Source: an uncultured Desulfobacteraceae bacterium (GTDB lineage Bacteria > Desulfobacterota > DSM-4660 > Desulfatiglandales > JALVMZ01). Taken from it: a stretch of 43,598 nt of DNA. The first letter of the stretch is position 1; each line of letters starts with the position of its first letter. Below the pieces are notes generated by a model. That model did no database searches. It was not told the DNA's origin and saw nothing but the letters and a program-made list of their open reading frames with translations. A program made the translations under genes and the position numbers. The stretch lies in NCBI GenBank assembly GCA_964440775.1, contig CAYTXJ010000002.1:1-43598 (forward strand), written 5' to 3'. Positions 8,734 through 17,348 of this stretch are shown piece after piece.

Positions 8734-9900
8734 TTACATTATAACAATCTCTGCCTGCAGAGCACCTGCTGCCTTAAGGGTCTCAAGTATGGTTATAAGA
8801 TCTCTGGGAGTAACGCCAATTGCATTTAGTGCCCTTACAAGATCTCCAATGTTGGCGCTCTTAGGCAATATAATCAGTTTTTTCTTTTCTTCTTCAATAG
8901 TAATATCTGTCTGGGGGGTTACCACCGTCTGACCACCAGGAGCCATTAACACGTTATCCTGACTCTGAAATGTCCCCCCACCTTGAGGGGCGCCTGGAGC
9001 AAAAGGAGAAGGCTGAGATACACTTTTCTTTTCTTTAACTTCAATATTTAGATTACCATGGGATATGGCAACCTGGGATATCTTTACATTTTCACCTATT
9101 ACCACCGTTCCTGTCTTTTCATTGACTACCACCTTTGAAACTGCATCTGGTTGAATATCTATACTTTCCAGTCTGGATACAAAAGAGACCAAATCACGAT
9201 GAAATTCATCAGGTATCTTTACACTAATAGTTCCAGAGTCAATAGCCTTTGCAATACCCAGATTATAGACCTGATTTATTGCATCTGCCATCCTCTTTGC
9301 AGTTACAAAATCAGGATGATTTAAGAGTATTGTAAGTTCCTTTTTATCTCCAAAATTAAATGGTATTTCCCTCTCCACTGTAGCCCCTCCACTTATCCTT
9401 GCAACAGTAGGATGATTTTTAACAACTCCACCTCCCGCTGCCCCACTTACACTAAATCCCCCTACTGAAAGAGGTCCCTGTGCTATTGCATATACTTTTC
9501 CATCTACCCCTCTCAATGGAGTTAATAGCAAAGTTCCTCCTTGAAGACTTTTTGCATCCCCAATGGATGAAACAGTTACATCAATCTTTTGCCCTACTTT
9601 TGCAAAGGGAGGTAAGAAGGCACTTACAATAACAGCGGCAACATTTTTTACCTTTATATCATTTGGATCAACATATATGCCCATATTCCTTAACATATTT
9701 GATAGACTCTGAATAGTGAAGGTAGTGCCTGATTGATCTCCGGTTCCGTTTAATCCCACCACCAGACCATATCCTATTATCTGATTAGGTCTTATACCCT
9801 TTATAGATGATATATCTTTTATTCTGGCACAATAGCCCTTATTTAAAGGAAATAGCATTACAAAAGAGAGGACAATCAGATATCTAAAAAGGCCATACAT
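8734..9900 (-). CDS. flgI: Flagellar P-ring protein FlgI
   Basis: RIKDISSIKGIRPNQIIGYGLVVGLNGTGD, LQGGTLLLTPL, NIGDLVRALNAIGVTPRDLITILETLKAAGALQAEIV. I chose the start at ATG 9900 (signal peptide MYGLFRYLIVLSF, GGAGG upstream) rather than 9954. Confidence 0.95.
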   Translation of the reverse strand: MYGLFRYLIVLSFVMLFPLNKGYCARIKDISSIKGIRPNQIIGYGLVVGLNGTGDQSGTTFTIQSLSNMLRNMGIYVDPNDIKVKNVAAVIVSAFLPPFAKVGQKIDVTVSSIGDAKSLQGGTLLLTPLRGVDGKVYAIAQGPLSVGGFSVSGAAGGGVVKNHPTVARISGGATVEREIPFNFGDKKELTILLNHPDFVTAKRMADAINQVYNLGIAKAIDSGTISVKIPDEFHRDLVSFVSRLESIDIQPDAVSKVVVNEKTGTVVIGENVKISQVAISHGNLNIEVKEKKSVSQPSPFAPGAPQGGGTFQSQDNVLMAPGGQTVVTPQTDITIEEEKKKLIILPKSANIGDLVRALNAIGVTPRDLITILETLKAAGALQAEIVIM

Positions 9901-10588
9901 GATCCAAAACCCTCCCCATCCATCCTGGTTTCTGTTTATCAGATAGAGGTCCAATACCAGAGTATGTTATTCTTGCATTTGCAACATAAACAGAGGACAC
10001 TTCATTATCAGGGTCAATATCTTCAGGCCTTACTATCCCGGATATGGTGATATATTGAAGTTCATTGTTTACCTTTATCTCCCTTCTACCTTCTATGTAT
10101 AAGTTTCCGTTAGGTAGGACATTCATTACAATGGCTGATATATATGCCTTTACATGCCCTTTTCTGTTACTGGAGCCCTTTCCATCAAAACTAAACCCTA
10201 AGGAACTATCTATTAGGGTGTCCTGACCAGGATTCTGAGCTAAACGGGGATTCTTATCAGCAAGTGCCTTCATAAATCCCAAAAACTTTAGCTTTGCCTG
10301 AAGAGAAGAGCTTCTATCTGTCTTAGTATTTGCATTTAGCTCTGCTTCCGGATCTTCTACAATTCTTATGGTAATTACATCTCCAACTCTTATTGCCTTT
10401 TTATCTCTAAAGAGAAATAGCCCTGTCTGCTCAGACCAAAGGGAATTCTCTGCTCTCTTTTCGGGAATATATTTAGGATATTGGGGGAATATAAGGGGAC
10501 TCTCTACTTTGGAATATCTATTAGTTCCGCAACTACTGCTTAAGATAATTATTATAAGTAGAAGTAGAATCTTTCTTAGACCCCACAT
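9884..10588 (-). CDS. flgH: Flagellar L-ring lipoprotein FlgH
   Basis: Lipobox LSSSC after MWGLRKILLLLIIIIL. VGDVITIRI, GNLYIEGRREIKVNNELQYITISGIVRPEDI. Start at ATG 10588 with GGAG upstream. Confidence 0.95.
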   Translation of the reverse strand: MWGLRKILLLLIIIILSSSCGTNRYSKVESPLIFPQYPKYIPEKRAENSLWSEQTGLFLFRDKKAIRVGDVITIRIVEDPEAELNANTKTDRSSSLQAKLKFLGFMKALADKNPRLAQNPGQDTLIDSSLGFSFDGKGSSNRKGHVKAYISAIVMNVLPNGNLYIEGRREIKVNNELQYITISGIVRPEDIDPDNEVSSVYVANARITYSGIGPLSDKQKPGWMGRVLDHVWPF

Positions 10589-10598
10589 AGGCACTCTC

Positions 10599-11342
10599 CT
10601 AAAAATTGACTTTAACAATGGAATCACTGATAACTCTTGCATAGATCTCTTTCCTGCTCATCTCATTAATAACCCTTATGGTTTCTCCTAAGAGACCGTC
10701 TTCTAAGCTGATACCGTGTGCTGTTATTTTAAAAAATCGATTTTCAGCCAGTATTATTACTCTTTCGCCCTTTTTAATCACTGGTGGAATTTCAACCATC
10801 CATCTTTTTATATATCTGCCTTTTAATATATTGTGTCTTGTAATCTTTCCGACTACAAGCTCAGGGTTATTTATATAATCATCTGAAATACGAGAGATAT
10901 TTACCTTGGATAGATATATATCATCTCTACCTATGATCTGCCCCTTTTTTATTCTTCTTTTAGCAACTACTATATTTCCAAATACATCCACCCATCCTTT
11001 TAAAAGTATCTTTCTCTTAATCTTTCCCTTTTTTATAAGATAAGCAGATAGCTTTACATATCCCTTAAGATCGCTACCTTTTTCATTAATTATCTTAATT
11101 ATTAATCTACCGCTGGGGATATTTCGGTTTCCAAATACATTAAATTTTGAAACCACTATGTCTGATGAATCCATATTAAGATGATCACATATATACTTCT
11201 TAAATAGATCCTCTAAAAGGTCCTTAGAAATAGCTCCTCTGTGATTCATGCCTATAGTGAAAGTATCAGAGGCATACACTAAGTGGAATGTAATTGATAA
11301 TATCAAAGATGTTATTAAACCTATAAAGATTCTCTTATTCAT
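10599..11342 (-). CDS. flgA: Flagellar P-ring assembly chaperone FlgA
   Basis: Signal peptide. C-terminal VIKKGERVIILAENRFFKITAHGISLEDGLLGETIRVIN. Located between flgG and flgH. Confidence 0.85.
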   Translation of the reverse strand: MNKRIFIGLITSLILSITFHLVYASDTFTIGMNHRGAISKDLLEDLFKKYICDHLNMDSSDIVVSKFNVFGNRNIPSGRLIIKIINEKGSDLKGYVKLSAYLIKKGKIKRKILLKGWVDVFGNIVVAKRRIKKGQIIGRDDIYLSKVNISRISDDYINNPELVVGKITRHNILKGRYIKRWMVEIPPVIKKGERVIILAENRFFKITAHGISLEDGLLGETIRVINEMSRKEIYARVISDSIVKVNF

Positions 11343-11356
11343 TATAATATCACCCT

Positions 11357-12139
11357 CTACCTCTTAATATTATTTGCCATCTGCATCATCTCATCTGCCA
11401 CTTTTATTGCTTTGCTGTTTAATTCATATGCCCTTTGAGCCATGATCATTGATACAAGCTCCTCCACCACATTCACATTAGACATCTCTAAGTATCCCTG
11501 AGCTATTGTTCCTATTCCATTTGTTCCAGGTGTCCCTGAAATAGGTTCACCTGAGGCCTCTGTAGGTCTATATAGATTATGACCAAGACCAAGCAGACCT
11601 GCTGGATTAGGAAATGTATACAGTTCGATTACTCCCAGATTTGTCCCCCCACCATCTGGCCCAAATGCTGTTACCACACCATTTTTATCAATGTGAATAG
11701 AGACTGTATCTGGTGGAATAGTAATTTCTGGCTGGAGCTTATCCCCTCGCGATGTTACGATATTTCCTTCTGAATCCAATTTAAAGTTTCCTGCCCTTGT
11801 ATAAAGCTCTTCTCCATTGGATAACACCTTGAAAAAACCTCTGCCTTCAATAGCAAGATCCAATTCGTTTTCAGTATGTTGAAAATCACCTTGACTGAAT
11901 TCCTTATGAATACTGGCAGGCATGGTTCCCATCCCTATCTGTATACCTGTTGGAATTTGACCACCTTCATTGGTGGTAGATCCTGGCTGATATAAGGTCT
12001 GATACATAAGATCCATAAAATCTGCCCTACTCTTTTTAAACCCAGGAGTGTTAACATTGGCAAGATTATTGGCTATTACATCTATCCTTAGCTGTTGAGC
12101 AGCCATTCCTGACGAAGCTGACCACATACCTCTTAACAT
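11357..12139 (-). CDS. flgG: Flagellar distal rod protein FlgG
   Basis: MLRGMWSASSGMAAQQLRIDVIANNLANVNTPGFK ... GYLEMSNVNVVEELVSMIMAQRAYELNSK. Confidence 0.95.
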   Translation of the reverse strand: MLRGMWSASSGMAAQQLRIDVIANNLANVNTPGFKKSRADFMDLMYQTLYQPGSTTNEGGQIPTGIQIGMGTMPASIHKEFSQGDFQHTENELDLAIEGRGFFKVLSNGEELYTRAGNFKLDSEGNIVTSRGDKLQPEITIPPDTVSIHIDKNGVVTAFGPDGGGTNLGVIELYTFPNPAGLLGLGHNLYRPTEASGEPISGTPGTNGIGTIAQGYLEMSNVNVVEELVSMIMAQRAYELNSKAIKVADEMMQMANNIKR

Positions 12140-12153
12140 AATCTACCTCCTAA

Positions 12154-12846
12154 TTATTGTATTAAGATTGGATCATTAATCAGCTTTCTATTCATATCAT
12201 CTATTATATGAAGTGAATTCTCCAATGACTCAAATGTCCTCAATGTCTCAATGAGTTTTACCATCTCTTCAGTAGGGCTTACATTGGAGCCTTCAAGATA
12301 CCCTTGTCTTAGGTTAAATTCTTTGGAATTTACTATCTCCCTTTCATCACCACTGTATCTGTAATAATTAAAGCCTTCCTTTATTATCTTATCTTGCCTT
12401 TCAAAATCTATTACAGCTATCTTACCCCTTATCTCTCCATCAACCACTACAGTTCCATCATCCTTGATCTCTACCCTTTGCCCCTGAACATTTATTTCTC
12501 CATTTTGACCCAAAACAATATCTCCCCTCTTTGTAACAAGTATCCCCTCTCTATTTATTAAAAATGCACCATCTCTGGTACATCTTATACCCCTTTGAGT
12601 CTTTATCTTGAAAAAACCTCTTCCCTCAATTGCTACATCAAGGGGATTACCTGTTTTAAAGATGGGTCCTTGAGATAGATCAATAACACTTTTGCTTTTT
12701 GAGGGCTCAAAGCTATAGTATATTAGTGCCTTTTTAAAGGCATTGGTATTTATATTTGCAATATTATGAGATATGTTTTCAAAATTGACTTTTTGCTCTA
12801 AGATATTTCTTAATATTCCAAAGACTCCACTCTCTATCTCTCCCAT
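12154..12846 (-). CDS. flgF: Flagellar proximal rod protein FlgF
   Basis: ISHNIANINTNAFKK, GRGFFKI, GYLEGSNVSPTEEMVKLIETLRTFE. Precedes flgG. Confidence 0.85.
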   Translation of the reverse strand: MGEIESGVFGILRNILEQKVNFENISHNIANINTNAFKKALIYYSFEPSKSKSVIDLSQGPIFKTGNPLDVAIEGRGFFKIKTQRGIRCTRDGAFLINREGILVTKRGDIVLGQNGEINVQGQRVEIKDDGTVVVDGEIRGKIAVIDFERQDKIIKEGFNYYRYSGDEREIVNSKEFNLRQGYLEGSNVSPTEEMVKLIETLRTFESLENSLHIIDDMNRKLINDPILIQ

Positions 12847-12877
12847 ACTTCATTCCCCTCAAATCTAATTTTTACTT

Positions 12878-13041
12878 GAGAGCTTTGCATAACCCCTTTT
12901 TACACTGCGACCCCTGTCATTGCGAGTGAAGCGAAGCAATCTCATACTTTTTATAGATTGCTTCGGGTCTTTTAAGACCCTCGCAATGACAGATTCCATT
13001 TACAGCTTTTTTATGAGAGCTTTGAAAAATTCAAAGCTCTC
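12878..13041 (-). repeat. Structured intergenic repeat, copy 3, lying between a sigma54 promoter and flgF
   Basis: gagagctttgcataacccc...ctgtcattgcgagtgaagcgaagcaatct...agattgcttcgggtcttttaagaccctcgcaatgacag...tgagagctttgaaaaattcaaagctctc. Nested inverted repeats are visible directly. Confidence 0.9.
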
Positions 13042-13053
13042 ACTTATTTTAGT

Positions 13054-13069
13054 AGCAATATTAATGCCA
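13054..13069 (-). promoter_or_regulatory. Sigma54 (-24/-12) promoter P5 for the flgF...fliW unit
   Basis: Minus strand reads TGGCATTAATATTGCT (consensus TGGCAC-N5-TTGCW, GG-N10-GC spacing). Confidence 0.75.
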
Positions 13070-13144
13070 AAAAATAGGGAGGATTAAAAATATAAGTAGA
13101 GAATATTACTAAGAATTTGGGGAATATTTTGACCTATAAAGGAA

Positions 13145-13441
13145 TTACTTCAGGGTAAAAATTTCCTGCTCCTGAGTATATTTTTTCCCAACTCTGTAAA
13201 CAAAGGCTAAGATCTCAGCAATGACTTGATATAGATGGGGAGGGATCTCTTTCTGGATATCTAGGGCGGAAAGTATTTCCACAAGTTCCTTATCTTCATA
13301 GATAAAGATGCCATGAGATTTTGCGATTTCAATAATCTTTTCAGCTACTTTCCCACTTCCTTTTGCAACTATTTCAGGAGCATTATTCTTTTTCTGATCA
13401 TAGCGAAGTGCAACAGCCTTTTTCCTATAACTATCAACCAT
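13145..13441 (-). CDS. Stand-alone FlhB C-terminal-domain homologue (FlhX/YlqH-like)
   Basis: KKAVALRYDQKKNNAPEIVAKGSGKVAEKIIEIAKSHGIFIYEDKELVEILSALDIQKEIPPHLYQVIAEILAFVY aligns along its length with residues about 274-350 of the FlhB encoded at 20472-21548. Confidence 0.85.
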   Translation of the reverse strand: MVDSYRKKAVALRYDQKKNNAPEIVAKGSGKVAEKIIEIAKSHGIFIYEDKELVEILSALDIQKEIPPHLYQVIAEILAFVYRVGKKYTQEQEIFTLK

Positions 13442-13443
13442 GA

Positions 13444-14469
13444 CTATATAACTAAGTGGAGTTCATCTTCTAATAGATTTAGGACTTCTTCAACAATCGG
13501 ATTAATATCTTTAAATCTCTTAATCTTAATTTCTAAAAAGTTATAATCTATATCATTAATATCCTCAATTAAAGAATAAATTTCCTGCCTTAAGAGCTCC
13601 TCCAGTCTAAAAGAGTTTGTATATAGATATGCCTTTATATCTTTTCTATCCACATAGAATATGGCCTTAAGATATTCTGAAGGTAAAAGCTCAATAAAGA
13701 ACTCTATTTTAGTCCTTTTATCTTCGCTATTAGTGCTCCCCCTTTCATCTTTTTCTTTATGAATAAGCAGTTGCCCTACTTTGAACAGATCCGAGTGGAA
13801 TATAATGGGAATTGGTATAAATATCTTATGGTGATAAGTCATAAGTTTATAATTCAAGATATTTAAATTTCTTATAAAAGAAAGATAATTTTTAAGAGTC
13901 TCTGAATCCTTATCATTTAAGTATCTTGAAATTATATATTTTAGATCCTGATGGAATTCTTTCCTAAAATAATCTCTATTTTTTATGGATGATAAAAAAT
14001 TTTTTATCTTAAATTCATATCTAAGGCCTAATCCATCTATTATGTAATGGAGAATGTCTTTATCACCTTTTTCAATGAGAACTTTAAATAATTTATTTAA
14101 AGTATCCTTAAGATACCCCAGCTTTAACAAATTAGGCCATACATTTCCATATAAACCATTGATGATCACCGTCCTATTTAAGGCCTTAGAATTGGGAATA
14201 TAGTTTAAAACTATATAAGGGTGACTTTGTATGACTTTGAGATTAATAACTGAACCCCTTGTAAGAGGCACCTTTGAAAAGGCCTCCACCCTTTTACCCT
14301 TTAACAACAATGCATACTTTCCATCTCCATATGAATCAATCACTCTTACCCTGAGAATTTCCCCCTTAGAGAAGTTAAGTAAATTTTTACCTCTTCTAAC
14401 ACTAATAACTATTCTGACATTCCTTTGTATATTTCTTGGGTTATAAACTTGATTTAAGATCAACGACAA
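13444..14469 (-). CDS. Hypothetical protein with weak resemblance to FliK at both ends
   Basis: N-terminus GEILRVRVIDSYGDGKYALLLKGKRVEAFSKVPLTRGSVINLKV. C-terminus IELLPSEYLKAIFYVDRKDIKAYLYTNSFRLEELLRQEIYSLIEDI loosely follows the Flg_hook pattern. TTG start with GAGGT upstream. Abuts the FlhB-C-like gene. Confidence 0.4.
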   Translation of the reverse strand: MSLILNQVYNPRNIQRNVRIVISVRRGKNLLNFSKGEILRVRVIDSYGDGKYALLLKGKRVEAFSKVPLTRGSVINLKVIQSHPYIVLNYIPNSKALNRTVIINGLYGNVWPNLLKLGYLKDTLNKLFKVLIEKGDKDILHYIIDGLGLRYEFKIKNFLSSIKNRDYFRKEFHQDLKYIISRYLNDKDSETLKNYLSFIRNLNILNYKLMTYHHKIFIPIPIIFHSDLFKVGQLLIHKEKDERGSTNSEDKRTKIEFFIELLPSEYLKAIFYVDRKDIKAYLYTNSFRLEELLRQEIYSLIEDINDIDYNFLEIKIKRFKDINPIVEEVLNLLEDELHLVI

Positions 14470-14866
14470 GTTTTACCTCTTCTTTTGGGAGTGACAACTC
14501 CTTTGCAATATCTTCAATGGATTTACCTCTATTTAATAATTCAATAATCTCATTTGACTGTTTAGATATATTAATCTTTTTTTCATTTGAATCAAAATTA
14601 TATAATGCTGAAAGTTCCTTAAGTTTCAAAATCCTATTATCTATCTGTGAAATTATACTATTTATAATCATCTTTTTTTCATTAAGATTTTTTTCAAACT
14701 CCAGGCTCAACCTTTTTGAATCCTCACAGAGCTGTTCAAGCATGCCCGTTACTTTTTCAATGTCACAATAATTTATGTATTTTATCTGTTTAAGAATATA
14801 AAACATAATGGCAATAATTATTATGTCTGCCAATATCTGGATTATTAATATATAATAAGATTCCAT
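14441..14866 (-). CDS. Single-pass membrane protein with a C-terminal HTH-like motif (DUF2802/SwrB-like flagellar-cluster protein)
   Basis: N-terminal TM YYILIIQILADIIIIAIMFYIL, coiled coil, and C-terminal IIELLNRGKSIEDIAKELSLPKEEVKLVVDL. Located downstream of fliA. Confidence 0.45.
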   Translation of the reverse strand: MESYYILIIQILADIIIIAIMFYILKQIKYINYCDIEKVTGMLEQLCEDSKRLSLEFEKNLNEKKMIINSIISQIDNRILKLKELSALYNFDSNEKKINISKQSNEIIELLNRGKSIEDIAKELSLPKEEVKLVVDLKSSL

Positions 14867-14867
14867 C

Positions 14868-15140
14868 TCAGACCTTTATATCAATATTGTGGTCTTTTTT
14901 CTTCTCTCTCTTAGAACCTTGGCTTTTCCTTTGTTCTCTATCTTGCTTTTTATTAAAAACATTGAGATCATAAGACTTTTCAGATTGTTTTACCGTTTTT
15001 CGCTCTTCTCTCTCTTTCTCTTTTATATGATAGTTAAGAAAATGCTGATTTATCTCCATCATCTGCTTTTTTACATTGTGAATCTCTTTTATGATATTAC
15101 CCTGGTTTAATACAATATTTAAATCGGTTGTGTTTGACAT
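14868..15140 (-). CDS. Small, highly charged hypothetical protein (90 aa)
   Basis: ATG with a G-rich RBS. Lys/Glu/Arg-rich. No family recognised and no FlgM C-terminal pattern seen. Confidence 0.4.
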   Translation of the reverse strand: MSNTTDLNIVLNQGNIIKEIHNVKKQMMEINQHFLNYHIKEKEREERKTVKQSEKSYDLNVFNKKQDREQRKSQGSKREKKKDHNIDIKV

Positions 15141-15669
15141 ATCCTATCCCCCCATTAAAAAAACCATATCCTATCCTCCTATCCTTAAGATCAAATTTTT
15201 CGAAATTTATCTCAATCTTATTTACTTTTAAATCTTTTAAATCAGAATCTAATTTTTCCTTAATTAAAGAAATAAAATTTTTCTTTTCATTAATATCACC
15301 TAAATTTGATAAATTTCTTTCTAAAATAGAATAGATTTCCCCCCTAATTTTTCCTTTCTTTTTAGCAACTATATCTTTCACTTTATCATTCGGAAATTTT
15401 AATAAAACATTTAATATTATGAATGTATCCTCTTTGTCTAAGTATATTAAAAATTTTTCTAATTTTACTGAACAGCCCCTATGGCTCATCTCTTCACTTC
15501 TAATTCTTACCTCTTTATAAGTTTCTATTGGTTTATTGGATAATTTTATCTCTTTATTCTTATCTGTCTTAGCGGAAAATATAAATTTATAAAAGACCAC
15601 TCCTGAAGTTATAGTTAATATTAAAGAGAAGACTATAAAAAATCTTTTATTTAATTTAATAATCTTCAT
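15097..15669 (-). CDS. FliL-like membrane protein (second FliL paralog)
   Basis: N-terminal TM. VKLEKFLIYLDKEDTFIILNVLLKF...KIRGEIYSILE...KVNKIEINFEKFDL follows the FliL domain pattern. Confidence 0.5.
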   Translation of the reverse strand: MKIIKLNKRFFIVFSLILTITSGVVFYKFIFSAKTDKNKEIKLSNKPIETYKEVRIRSEEMSHRGCSVKLEKFLIYLDKEDTFIILNVLLKFPNDKVKDIVAKKKGKIRGEIYSILERNLSNLGDINEKKNFISLIKEKLDSDLKDLKVNKIEINFEKFDLKDRRIGYGFFNGGIGYVKHNRFKYCIKPG

Positions 15670-15672
15670 CTC

Positions 15673-16437
15673 TCAATAAAGATCCAACCATGTCTTTTTA
15701 AGTTTAACCCTCAACTTCATAATTGCTGAAGAATGGAGTTGTGATATTCTTGACTCTGTCAGATTCATAACCTTTGCTATCTCTCTTAAGGTAAGTTCTT
15801 CAAAATAATAAAGAGATATAACCATCTGCTCTTTTGGAGAAAGCTGTTTTATCAAATCTTTTAATATCTTTTTTAAATCTTTCAATTTCAAAAGGTCAAA
15901 AGCAGATTTTTCATTTGATGGTATCTGAGTGTGTATTGGGGTCTTTCCATCAGGTAGTGTATCATCAAGACTGATAAGATTTATTCCTTTTGCTTTATCC
16001 AATAGTTTATAATAAGAATCTATATCCATTCCCAAGGCCTTTGCTATTTCAGCATTATCAGGCATTTTACCTTTTTTAGTCCAGAGATCTAAGGTAATTT
16101 CCTCAACCTTTTGAATCTCTTTCCTGACGGATCTGGGAACCCAATCCATCTTTCTAAGTTCATCCAACATCGCACCTCTAATTCTCTGTTCCACATAGGA
16201 TCTAAAAGATTCTTTTTTATTCTGATCATATCTATCAACGGCATCAAGGAGTCCCATTATTCCTGCGCCAATTAAATCATCCTTTAAGATATGTGAAGGA
16301 AGTCTTATAACCATTCTATCAGCAATATATTTTACTAATGAAATATATCTTTTTATTAATTCCTCTCTATTAAGTCCCTCTTTTTCTTTATTATTTTCAT
16401 CATATATCTTTTGATAACTATATATTCCTCTTTTCAT
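15673..16437 (-). CDS. fliA: Flagellar sigma factor FliA (sigma28)
   Basis: DLIGAGIMGLLDAVDRYD, FRSYVEQRIRGAMLDELRKMDWVPRSVR, LTLREIAKVMNLTESRISQLHS. Confidence 0.95.
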   Translation of the reverse strand: MKRGIYSYQKIYDENNKEKEGLNREELIKRYISLVKYIADRMVIRLPSHILKDDLIGAGIMGLLDAVDRYDQNKKESFRSYVEQRIRGAMLDELRKMDWVPRSVRKEIQKVEEITLDLWTKKGKMPDNAEIAKALGMDIDSYYKLLDKAKGINLISLDDTLPDGKTPIHTQIPSNEKSAFDLLKLKDLKKILKDLIKQLSPKEQMVISLYYFEELTLREIAKVMNLTESRISQLHSSAIMKLRVKLKKTWLDLY

Positions 16438-16439
16438 GA

Positions 16440-17348
16440 TCAGGCCTTCTTATTTAAGAAGATATTAAGGAAAAATTTTATGTTCCCGTCGCTATTTTCT
16501 TTTTCCATCTTTAATAGTTTCTCTGCAATTTCCATGATGCTCTTTGAAAAATTACAGTTTGGGTATTCACATATGACAGGCATTCTTGACCTTACTGAAT
16601 CAATCAGATATCTATCCTTTATAATTGCACCAATGTATTCTAAATCAATTCCTCCCATAAACCTATTTACAACTTCTGTAAAATGCCGATATAGATTCTC
16701 TGCATCAATCTCATTATCAACCATATTAAACAGCAAAAGAAAATTATTTATGTGATGATTATAATGTAAGACCTTTATCAATGCATATGCATCTGTCAAT
16801 GAAGTAGGTTCAGGGGTTATAACTACAATTCTTTTATTTGCTGCTATATTAAAATATGTCACATTTGAGGATATACCTGCTCCTGTATCAATTAAAAATA
16901 TCTCATATTCATTTTCAATTTTGTTAAATTCAGAAAGAAGATGCATCTTATGTCCATCAGATAGATCTGTGAGTTCCTGAACACCGGACGAAGCAGGTAT
17001 AACATCTACACCTTCTGGCCCTTTTACTATGATATCTGACAATTCTCTATGACCTTTAATAAAATCATCTATGTTAAATTTAGGGGATATACCATAAATA
17101 ATGTCAATATTTGCAAGCCCTAAGTCAGCATCTAATATTAAGACCTTTTTCCCTAATTTCCTGAAAGCAATACCGAGATTTCCAACTATATTTGTCTTTC
17201 CCACCCCTCCCTTTCCACTGGTAATTGAAATAACAATTCTACTCTTTGAACTTAATAGATCTCTTTTAAAATCAATTACCTTTCTATTGCTTTCCAAGTG
17301 GATAATCTTTCTAAGAGAATCTGCCTGATCTTTAATCCTGATTTCCAT
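16440..17348 (-). CDS. flhG: MinD/ParA-type ATPase FlhG (FleN/YlxH)
   Basis: Deviant Walker A ITSGKGGVGKTNIVGNLG, LILDADLGLANIDI, IDTGAG. Located after flhF. Confidence 0.9.
   Translation of the reverse strand: MEIRIKDQADSLRKIIHLESNRKVIDFKRDLLSSKSRIVISITSGKGGVGKTNIVGNLGIAFRKLGKKVLILDADLGLANIDIIYGISPKFNIDDFIKGHRELSDIIVKGPEGVDVIPASSGVQELTDLSDGHKMHLLSEFNKIENEYEIFLIDTGAGISSNVTYFNIAANKRIVVITPEPTSLTDAYALIKVLHYNHHINNFLLLFNMVDNEIDAENLYRHFTEVVNRFMGGIDLEYIGAIIKDRYLIDSVRSRMPVICEYPNCNFSKSIMEIAEKLLKMEKENSDGNIKFFLNIFLNKKA

Noticed and set aside
9901-9954. N-terminal extensions of ORF-track models: flgI to 9954, flgH to 10642, ctpA to 1406, fliI to 35214, motA to 27820, flgE to 29728
   Set aside because: Where checked, the extended starts are TTG or GTG (fliI, motA, flgE). 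They also overlap the upstream gene or precede the signal peptide. Internal ATGs with GGAG-type RBS give canonical N-termini (signal peptides, lipobox, MDIATILG, MSLSRSLFSG).
12878-13041. Whether the dispersed repeats could be a CRISPR array or tRNA/ncRNA genes
   Set aside because: The copies are kilobases apart, occur in both orientations and have variable module content, with no regular repeat-spacer periodicity. I saw no cloverleaf-compatible structure or known ncRNA signature.
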